DNA from: a virus
Strand: one strand, 5' to 3'
IMG/VR virus record: IMGVR_UViG_3300025131_000056
Length of the DNA: 52,753 bases
Under the pieces are notes generated by a model. The model saw nothing but the letters and a program-made list of their open reading frames with translations, was not told where the DNA came from and searched no databases. Both the position numbers and the translations under genes were made by a program. Below are positions 45,164 to 52,753 of the stretch, piece by piece. Numbering within the stretch: the stretch's first letter is position 1; the number at the start of each line of letters is the position of its first letter.

Positions 45164-45172
45164 GGAGCTAAA

Positions 45173-46165
45173 ATGGAAAACGAAATAAGTGATGCTCAAA
45201 TCAATTTTGAGAAAATGTTAACGGATCATTTTATAGGAGAAATTCCAGATCAATTCACTAAGCCAATATCCTATGTAGTACAACGTGATGGGATTTGGGA
45301 AGTAAGAAAAACAGAAATTGGATTATTTGTAAGACAATTAGTTGAACAGGACATTAGTGGATTGCCCAATCTTATTGATGAAAGTATTGAAGAATCTTTT
45401 GTTCCAAAGGTTCCTATTAATATCTTAGGTGAAGCTGTATCATTTTTTAGGCACATATATAATAAGATGAAGGCTGAATCATTTGTACAAGTAATTTATA
45501 ATCCTACAATAAAAGAATACTATATTTTTTGTCCTCCACAAAAAGTTTGTGCTACTGGCGTTGATTGGGAAATTCCAGATGGAGAAAAAGAGCCAGAAGG
45601 AATCAAAGTATTAGAATTACATAGTCATTGTGACATGGATTCATTTTTCTCAGGTATTGATGATGCCGATGAAAAAGCGGATAGATATTATGGGGTTATT
45701 GGAAAGCTGGATAATTTTATGCCAGAAATTTCATTTAGGTTGGTTCTCGGCGGTGATGAATATGAGGTAGAAGTAGAAGACATTTTTGATTTAGATGGGG
45801 ACGTTTATCATTCGGAATTTCCTCAGGAGTGGGCTGAGAAAGTTACTAAGGCACCCGTAAAAATTATTTCTTCAAACAATAAGAATTTTGGAAAAACCTA
45901 TGTTGCGAAATCTCCAGCAAGTCTTCCAGATGATCTTAAAGAATATGATTTTAATGATGATAATTTTGAGGATGAAGAGGCATTGGAATTAACCGATGAG
46001 CAAATGGATCTATATGCAGACTACTTAAAAAATTATCGTGATTATGATCGTCATACGGATGACGAGAATCCTTTAACCGGCTTACCTCGCAAAGATGGTA
46101 ATTCTTATTTGATGGGTGACCACATGAGCATGGGAAGAAGATATGACGACATTACCAAATTTTAG
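45173..46165 (+). CDS. JAB/JAMM metallopeptidase domain protein (PRTRC-like)
   Basis: VLELHSHCDMDSFFSGIDDADE matches HxHx(7)SxxD. Confidence 0.82.
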   Translation: MENEISDAQINFEKMLTDHFIGEIPDQFTKPISYVVQRDGIWEVRKTEIGLFVRQLVEQDISGLPNLIDESIEESFVPKVPINILGEAVSFFRHIYNKMKAESFVQVIYNPTIKEYYIFCPPQKVCATGVDWEIPDGEKEPEGIKVLELHSHCDMDSFFSGIDDADEKADRYYGVIGKLDNFMPEISFRLVLGGDEYEVEVEDIFDLDGDVYHSEFPQEWAEKVTKAPVKIISSNNKNFGKTYVAKSPASLPDDLKEYDFNDDNFEDEEALELTDEQMDLYADYLKNYRDYDRHTDDENPLTGLPRKDGNSYLMGDHMSMGRRYDDITKF

Positions 46166-46982
46166 TTTTTTCAAATACAATAAAAGATTAAGCAGAATTA
46201 TTGTATTGGGATGTGGCGGAACAGGAAGTCACGCTGTACCCAATGTCATAAGATTACTTTTAGGAATCCCCAAAAGGCTCTTGCCAGAAATTTATTTAAT
46301 AGATGGTGATACTGTTGAGCATAAGAATATTCTTAGACAAAATTTCATACATATAGATCTTGGGCAAAATAAAGCAGAAGTATTAGCCAGAAGATATTCT
46401 ACGGCTTTTGGAATTCCCGTTTCAGCAGTACCAGAATTCTCCGATAATAAAAATAATATTCTTGGTCAACTCATAAGGGGAAAGAATGATATTTGTATTA
46501 TTGGTTGTGTAGATTCTCATAATGGTAGAAGACACATAAGAAGTACCATTAGACGATTCAAGAAAAAAGATATTATCTGGATTGACTCAGGAAATGAAGA
46601 AAAAGCTGGGCAGGTAGTTATGGGATATAGAGTACAAAATCCTGAAGATGTTATTGATTTATCAGAGATACCTTATAATAAAACTGGATTATTTAGCTTA
46701 CCCTTTGTTACAGATGTTTATCCAGAAATTTCAAAGTCAAAGGACAAAGCTAGGAGTGAGCTTAGTTGTGATGTATTAATTAATGTAGAGCCACAAGCAA
46801 TGATGGTCAATGTTACAGCAGCCAATTTAATATTAAATTATTATAATGCTTTGCTTTATAAAACACCATTAAATAATTTTGGAGTAACATTTAGTATTAC
46901 CAATGGATTCTCTAGTATGATAAACAATATAGAGAATTTATCAGTAATACCAAATCAAGAATTAAAAGATTATGAAAAATAG
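46143..46982 (+). CDS. ThiF/E1-like adenylating enzyme
   Basis: RIIVLGCGGTGSHAVPNVIRLL...LIDGDTVEHKNILRQNF...LGQNKAEVLARRY. Confidence 0.9.
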   Translation: MTTLPNFSFFKYNKRLSRIIVLGCGGTGSHAVPNVIRLLLGIPKRLLPEIYLIDGDTVEHKNILRQNFIHIDLGQNKAEVLARRYSTAFGIPVSAVPEFSDNKNNILGQLIRGKNDICIIGCVDSHNGRRHIRSTIRRFKKKDIIWIDSGNEEKAGQVVMGYRVQNPEDVIDLSEIPYNKTGLFSLPFVTDVYPEISKSKDKARSELSCDVLINVEPQAMMVNVTAANLILNYYNALLYKTPLNNFGVTFSITNGFSSMINNIENLSVIPNQELKDYEK

Positions 46983-48195
46983 GATATCTATAGAAAACCT
47001 TTTAAATAGTTTTAGTTTCATAAATAGTAATGATATAGTATCATATGAATTTTCTATTAGGAAAATACCAAATGATTGGAATTTTACAATCATGATGGGT
47101 ATTTATGACATAATTAATAAAATCATAGATTTTAGGATTGATGACACATTTATAGATGAATTATATGACAGCATCAGCTATAAATATAATTTTTCTGATA
47201 AGTTTTTAAGATTCCTAGAGGATTTTCAATTTACTGGTGATCTACAATGTATTCCCGAAGGAGAGATTATATTTCCAGGTGAACCCATTATGATATTAAC
47301 CGGGAAAGTTTCAGAGATAGAAATTATTAAAAATATTATTATTGAAGAATTATCAAAAAATATTGGAACAATAACACATTGTGTTAGATGTTTACTAGCA
47401 TCCAATGAAGTATCACTTATTAGTACATCTTATGATCCACTAGCATCTAAACTATCTTATATTGCTGGCTTTAAAGCAATAACTGATTTATCTTCTAGTA
47501 TAAAATTCAATATTCCGTTAGCTAATAATATCAATAATGTATCTTATATATTAAATAGTAAAGAGGAAATATGTAATGATACTAGAATTTTAGATTTTAA
47601 TGATATTTCTAGGACATTAAAGAATATTGAATTAAATAGAAGTTGTGTTGTAAAGGTTCACAATAAAAATTTAGATATAAACTTACAAAGGATAAAAAAA
47701 TCTGGCTTAGGTGTTAAGTCTCTTTTGGTAACTTGTTCTGATGATACAACTAAAATCTATAAGGTTTCTCAGATATCTCATTTATACCCTACAAGTATTC
47801 TTATTAATCCACAATTAAAAAATGTTAATGTTGAATCATATCCTGTATACAATCATACACAAAATAAGTATCTCATGGTTCCTACAAGCGGAATAAGTAC
47901 TCTTCCCGGAGTAAAGCAAGTTTATATTGACAAAAGAAAAAAATGGCATCATCTTATATCAATAGACAGTTTGATTCAAGAAGGTCTTGACCCGCTGATT
48001 GAAACTTTTGTCAAACGAGGAAAACCAACACAAAGAGAAATTGATATTGAAGCAAAAAGGGCAGTATGCAATGGAAGTTTAATTTCCATTCCTAGTGAAT
48101 TTTTAAATTTAAATAGCATAATAAGCCAACCACTTAAAATTCATAGAAGCATATTAGACAAATATTATAAAGTATATGGAGATTTACATGAATAA
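46972..48195 (+). CDS. Nicotinate phosphoribosyltransferase-like protein
   Basis: FLRFLEDFQFTGDLQCIPEGEIIFPGEPIMILTGKVSEIEIIKNIIIEEL matches the N-terminal NAPRTase signature; overlaps the E1 gene end. Confidence 0.75.
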   Translation: MKNRISIENLLNSFSFINSNDIVSYEFSIRKIPNDWNFTIMMGIYDIINKIIDFRIDDTFIDELYDSISYKYNFSDKFLRFLEDFQFTGDLQCIPEGEIIFPGEPIMILTGKVSEIEIIKNIIIEELSKNIGTITHCVRCLLASNEVSLISTSYDPLASKLSYIAGFKAITDLSSSIKFNIPLANNINNVSYILNSKEEICNDTRILDFNDISRTLKNIELNRSCVVKVHNKNLDINLQRIKKSGLGVKSLLVTCSDDTTKIYKVSQISHLYPTSILINPQLKNVNVESYPVYNHTQNKYLMVPTSGISTLPGVKQVYIDKRKKWHHLISIDSLIQEGLDPLIETFVKRGKPTQREIDIEAKRAVCNGSLISIPSEFLNLNSIISQPLKIHRSILDKYYKVYGDLHE

Positions 48196-48508
48196 AAATC
48201 AGCATAATAAGAAGCCATACAATAATAAACAAGCCCCAAGAAAGCCAAGAGAGCCTAAGCTTTGTCCTATAGAAGTTACAGTTCGATATAATGATATTGA
48301 GCAAGCTATGAAGGTTCTAAAAAATAAGATGTCTAAAGAAAATATTCTTGGAGAAATAAGGCGACGGAAGTATTTTGAAAAGCCTTCTGAAAAGCGTAGA
48401 AGAAAGATGAGAGAATCTTTGAGAAAGGCTCAGCCATTTAAGAAGAAGGTCTGGGTGAAGAGATCTAAGGTCGTAGCATCTATTCCAATTAAAAAGTGGG
48501 AAGAATAA
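48176..48508 (+). CDS. rpsU: Ribosomal protein bS21-like, with N-terminal and C-terminal extensions
   Basis: IEVTVRYNDIEQAMKVLKNKMSKENILGEIRRRKYFEKPSEKRRRKMRESLRKA. Confidence 0.87.
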   Translation: MEIYMNKNQHNKKPYNNKQAPRKPREPKLCPIEVTVRYNDIEQAMKVLKNKMSKENILGEIRRRKYFEKPSEKRRRKMRESLRKAQPFKKKVWVKRSKVVASIPIKKWEE

Positions 48509-48520
48509 TAGGAAATATAA

Positions 48521-49644
48521 TGAAAAAAGATATGTTCGGAGAGCCAAGGATATTAAAACTAGGAGACAAAGAAATATTATTTGTAGAAAATAATAAGATG
48601 AAGATTGCAAGATCTCCTGATTATAATTTTAACTTCAATAAAGAAACAGGATTTTTTATGCGTTGGGGAAAAACAATGGATGATGATCCTGATTTTGCTC
48701 CTGCTCCTGAAATACTTGATATAGAAATTTCAACAATCTGCAATCCAGGAAAAGGCAAAAATGGTGGAGGAGGAGGATGTAGTTTTTGTTATAAATCAAA
48801 TACTACTAATGGTATAAATATGTCTTTGGAGACATTTAAAACAATTTTTGATAAGATGCCTCCGGTATTAACTCAGATTGCTTTAGGAATTGGTTCGCTT
48901 AATACAAATCCAGATCTATATAAGATTATGGATTACTGTAGAACTAATGGTAGAACTCAAGTAATTCCAAACATTACTATTAATGGCGCTCAACTAACTG
49001 ACGAACATGCTGATAAACTTGCATCATTAATTGGTGGAATGGCAATATCACATTACGATGATGATATATGTTATAATGCTGTCAAGAAGATGACCGACTT
49101 AACAGATAAAAAAATTAATATTCATCAGTTATTATCAGAAGAAACTCTTGATGATTGTTATAGAGTTATGAATGATTATCTTAAAGATCCACGTTTAGAA
49201 AAACTTGGAAGCGTTGTTTTTCTCATTATGAAGCCAAAGGGAAAACGTAATAATTTCCATGTGTTACGATCACTAGATAAATATAAGGCCATGATCGAAT
49301 TTGCTTTTGAAAATAATATTCCTATAGGGTTTGATTCTTGTTCTGCTCCATCATTTTTAAAGGTTATTAAGGGATCAGAACGAGAAGATGCTTTGAGCCA
49401 AGTTGTAGAAAGTTGTGAGTCAGATTGTTTTTCTTCATACATAAATACAGAAGGCCGCTATTACCATTGCTCATTTACAGAAAATGAAGATGGCTGGAAA
49501 GGAATTGATGTTGTAAATTGTGAAGATTTTATTACTGATGTATGGAATTCTCCAGAAGCAAATGATTTTAGAAAGAAATTATATGCTAATGTTGAAAAAG
49601 ATGGTTGTAGATCTTGTCCAATTTTCAATTTAGATATGGACTAA
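48521..49644 (+). CDS. Radical SAM / SPASM-like protein with expanded CX(12)CX2C motif
   Basis: ISTICNPGKGKNGGGGGCSFCYKSN and C-terminal CESDCFSSYINTEGRYYHCSF...GCRSCPIFN. Confidence 0.75.
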
Positions 49645-49669
49645 GAGCTGATAGTGGAAGATTGAAAAA

Positions 49670-49918
49670 ATGAAAATAATACATTTAACACTATTTTTAT
49701 TTATAGTCACCTCATCTTTTTATATATATAGTCTATATAAAGAAAATAATAAAAATAATCAATTATATACAAAAAAATGTAAAGCACTTTGTGCATCTTA
49801 TAATCACACATCGGGTTGGCTATATGGATACAAATTAAATATGACGCGAACAGTTCCTGTTTGTCATTGTGTGACAAAGAAAAGTAAAATAGATAAATTA
49901 ATTTTAAATATGGAGTAG
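49670..49918 (+). CDS. Small secreted or membrane-anchored protein
   Basis: N-terminal signal/TM segment. Confidence 0.5.
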   Translation: MKIIHLTLFLFIVTSSFYIYSLYKENNKNNQLYTKKCKALCASYNHTSGWLYGYKLNMTRTVPVCHCVTKKSKIDKLILNME

Positions 49919-49922
49919 AAAA

Positions 49923-50162
49923 GTGCTATTTAAATTCCCAGATTGGATGTATTATTATTTAGAATATCTTCCTTCCTGTATTGAAGGTTATCCAATTGAT
50001 AGAGACAAGCAAAAAGAAGCGATAGAAAAATATATGAATGTACATCCTGATGACGAAAATTACGAAGAAGATATAACAAGTATTATTCGTCATACGATTA
50101 ATTTACTAATAGAACTCCATGATGGGGGAGAATTAATACCGCCTGGAACCGAATATGTTTAG
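49923..50162 (+). CDS. Hypothetical protein
   Basis: 79 aa ORF. Confidence 0.5.
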   Translation: MLFKFPDWMYYYLEYLPSCIEGYPIDRDKQKEAIEKYMNVHPDDENYEEDITSIIRHTINLLIELHDGGELIPPGTEYV

Positions 50163-50171
50163 GAAAATAAA

Positions 50172-50711
50172 ATGACTAATAAATTATGTAAATATTGTAA
50201 TCAGCTAATTGGGATTGGAGTAGTAGGTTGTGGAGATGGCAAGTGGGCACATCCTTATTGTTATGAAAAAAATCAACCTACGCGTAAAGCAGAAAATATC
50301 CAAGATATTTTTAGTTCTTTGATGGATCCTGTTCTTGGAAGAAATATTCTAGTTGAATGTCTTAGTCCCATGATTCAAAATGATTTAGTTTCTATTTTTA
50401 ATACACGTTATGCGGCACAGCAAAAAAGACGGCTTGCTCAAATGAAAACAGATCACGAAGCTGATTTTACTAAGAGTGAGGTTGCACCTTCCAACGACTT
50501 AGTGCTGATGGCAAATGCCATTCAAGTCGCAGCAAGAGCCGGATGTGTCCCGCTTCGTCCAGAGGAGTCTGAAGCAGAACTACGTTCTTTCCCCAGTATC
50601 CTTTCTGTAGAAGGGGTAATACAGCAATTGAAAAAGATGGGAAAGAAACAGGCGGCAGAAAATATGACAGCCCATATTGCGATGCTAGATGAGATAAAGA
50701 ATGAAAGATAA
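50172..50711 (+). CDS. Hypothetical protein with N-terminal CxxC...HPYC zinc motif
   Basis: CKYCNQLIGIGVVGCGDGKWAHPYC. Confidence 0.6.
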   Translation: MTNKLCKYCNQLIGIGVVGCGDGKWAHPYCYEKNQPTRKAENIQDIFSSLMDPVLGRNILVECLSPMIQNDLVSIFNTRYAAQQKRRLAQMKTDHEADFTKSEVAPSNDLVLMANAIQVAARAGCVPLRPEESEAELRSFPSILSVEGVIQQLKKMGKKQAAENMTAHIAMLDEIKNER

Positions 50712-50910
50712 TGTGAAGAATCTTAAAATAACCAAAGAGTTATATAAGAAATGTATTATTGCAGCAAAAAAATCAAAATATTTATCTATTGACGAATTTG
50801 AAAAAATAGTTCCCAGCCATTTACGTTATGATGTTGTTTCATTAATGGTCCATAAAAGTGAATTTATAGTTGGGCCAACATCTTATGGAATAAATAATGT
50901 CAATAACTAA
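50701..50910 (+). CDS. Hypothetical protein
   Basis: 69 aa ORF. Confidence 0.5.
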   Translation: MKDNVKNLKITKELYKKCIIAAKKSKYLSIDEFEKIVPSHLRYDVVSLMVHKSEFIVGPTSYGINNVNN

Positions 50911-51151
50911 GCCAGAACTAACATCTGATATTTTACGGGGATTACAAGCATTACGTAATCTTGGAGAACATGAATTAGATAATGTTAGCATTACTAAGAC
51001 ATATAAGGAGCTTATTGAGGCTGCTACTGAATGGATTGATCTAATGTCTGTTTACAAAGCACATAAAAGAGACATGGCTAAATTACAGCCAGGCCTCGAT
51101 ACTCTAAAAAAAGCTGAGGAAATAATTGCCAAGGCAGAATCTGATAGTTAA
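50897..51151 (+). CDS. Hypothetical protein
   Basis: 84 aa ORF. Confidence 0.5.
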   Translation: MSITKPELTSDILRGLQALRNLGEHELDNVSITKTYKELIEAATEWIDLMSVYKAHKRDMAKLQPGLDTLKKAEEIIAKAESDS

Positions 51152-51172
51152 AAATTGTAATAGGAGATAAGA

Positions 51173-51985
51173 ATGAGATCGGGGTTACATGATGCGGATT
51201 TTATTGAAGAAAGTGGCGAAGTTATTGGGGTAAATTTCGGATGGGATTTTTGTTCTGAACATGAGTGGGGAATTAAAGATCTCTGTTGTAATTTTGGTAT
51301 TGATTCTGAGATAAGAAAAGATAATTTAGGTTTCTTAAATAGAAAGATTACAGTATTTCCAGCTAAGAATTTACATATTTTAAAAGATAAAAATAAAACA
51401 ATTCTCGTCTATCAAAAGCATTATGGCACAATGCCAGATTTTAAATATTTTAAGCGACAAATTTTAAGAGATAATTGTGGATGGAAAGAAGGTATTGCTT
51501 GTGCTTGGAGCGAAAAAGACTTCGGTATTTTAGTTACAAGCAAAAAAGATAGGGAACATTTATATATTTTATATAATAGTTTTAAAGAAAAAGATATTAC
51601 AATATTTTGCGCTAGTAATTCAAATCCGTTTAGCAATTCTGGATTAACAATTGTATTATATAGTAAAATACCTAAAGAGGCATGTCGTGCGGCAAAAGAA
51701 GCTGACCATGACTACTTACAATTGCTTAAGGCTTCAGATAAAACAAAGATAATTAAAAAGTTAGATAAATCGATTTCAAAAGACACAAGTTCTTTCTATA
51801 AAAAGAATGGATATTATGCTTGCTCTCCAAGATGGATTAGTAATGAATTAAGTGAAAAATCAAAACATCCAGTAATGTATTGGCTTAATCCTCAGGATCA
51901 ACAAGGAAACAATTCGGGTTGGTATACTGTAGAAGAATTAGAACAATGGATAGAAGGAGAAGGACCGGTCATAAAAAATGGTTAA
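51173..51985 (+). CDS. Hypothetical protein
   Basis: 270 aa ORF. Confidence 0.6.
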   Translation: MRSGLHDADFIEESGEVIGVNFGWDFCSEHEWGIKDLCCNFGIDSEIRKDNLGFLNRKITVFPAKNLHILKDKNKTILVYQKHYGTMPDFKYFKRQILRDNCGWKEGIACAWSEKDFGILVTSKKDREHLYILYNSFKEKDITIFCASNSNPFSNSGLTIVLYSKIPKEACRAAKEADHDYLQLLKASDKTKIIKKLDKSISKDTSSFYKKNGYYACSPRWISNELSEKSKHPVMYWLNPQDQQGNNSGWYTVEELEQWIEGEGPVIKNG

Positions 51986-52012
51986 AGCAATGAAAAATTA
52001 TTTGGAGAAAGA

Positions 52013-52546
52013 ATGAGTTATCGTAATGATTTAGAGGCAGCTCAATTTCATGTAAAAGAAGCTGAAGGCCGTGCGAAAGAGATTGAGCTGAAATTTAACA
52101 ATCATTTAAGCACACATCAATGTATAAAAAAAACTCAAAACGACCCGAAGAAACGAACAAATTGGTCCTCTACAATTTTTGCTATTATTGGTGTATTATC
52201 CATAATATTGCTCATGAGTGGCATTATATTTGGTACAGTTTATAACTATAATATTCGCATCAAGAAGACAATTAAAATGCGAGCAGATTTTATGAAACTT
52301 GAAGCACAGGCGGCTAAGGCTGATCATAAGGCTGATCAAGATACTTGTGAAGCCTACGCACCAATTGCATGGCCCGGTCTTAAATGTCAAAAGATAATTG
52401 TTTCTGGTCGATGGACTAGCGGTTGTGATAATGAGATTGCGCCGATCATGTGTAGTTGTTTTTGGGAAGATGGCATGGTGCTTCGTAAAAAAAGCACAAA
52501 AAAACTATGTTTGATTCCACCCAATAAGGAAAATAATGATAAATAA
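52013..52546 (+). CDS. Single-pass membrane protein
   Basis: Central hydrophobic segment FAIIGVLSIILLMSGIIFG. Confidence 0.6.
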   Translation: MSYRNDLEAAQFHVKEAEGRAKEIELKFNNHLSTHQCIKKTQNDPKKRTNWSSTIFAIIGVLSIILLMSGIIFGTVYNYNIRIKKTIKMRADFMKLEAQAAKADHKADQDTCEAYAPIAWPGLKCQKIIVSGRWTSGCDNEIAPIMCSCFWEDGMVLRKKSTKKLCLIPPNKENNDK

Positions 52547-52634
52547 ACCCAAATATTATAAATTTAAAATAGTTGATTATGGTGATGGCCCAACATTCGA
52601 ATTTTGGCATGATCTTCCTGGCGAATATATATTG

Positions 52635-52674
52635 AAGGTTTCGCAATAGCGGAACCTTTAGTACGTGGGAGGAA
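52635..52674 (+). promoter_or_regulatory. Hairpin plus CCTTTAGTACGTGGGAGGA leader motif
   Basis: AAGGTT...AACCTT stem, motif nearly identical to 6934-6952. Confidence 0.5.
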
Positions 52675-52753
52675 CAAATGCACTATTATATATTTGGCTC
52701 TAAGTCATCATTTGATGTAGATATAATGATTGTAATTGATGATATTCCAAAAA

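Overview
This AT-rich, densely packed window is almost entirely + strand and looks like an accessory/metabolic region of a large (jumbo-type) bacteriophage genome. No capsid, terminase, portal or tail genes are visible. It carries several tRNAs, a tmRNA with a readable tag ORF, and a ribosomal protein bS21 homolog. Three gene sets stand out. (1) A dispersed RNA-repair and ADP-ribose/NAD toolkit: KptA/Tpt1-like phosphotransferase, Thg1-like protein, Rnl1-like and Rnl2-like ligases, an RlaP/MNT-type nucleotidyltransferase and a second NTase-like protein, two P-loop polynucleotide-kinase-like proteins flanking a Pnkp-like phosphatase, a macro domain, a PARG-like protein, and a nicotinate phosphoribosyltransferase-like protein. 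(2) A PP2C / J-domain Ser-Thr kinase / vWA cluster followed by a pyruvate-kinase-like barrel. (3) An AAA+ ATPase and Lon protease followed by a PRTRC-like ubiquitin-like conjugation operon: tandem duplicated ~53 aa Ub-like candidates ending GTKG, an E2-like candidate, a JAMM peptidase and an E1/ThiF protein. A SET-domain protein, a ZIP transporter, a radical SAM protein with an expanded cysteine motif, a kinase fused to a flotillin-like tail, and a repeated C-terminal zinc-ribbon tag were also noted. Several genes are interrupted. Two breaks (a CYTH protein and a small ORF) sit at in-register -1 slippery-type heptamers AAATTTA/AAATTTG, and two others are in-frame stops. All family calls come from reading motifs by eye; no searches or folding runs were made.
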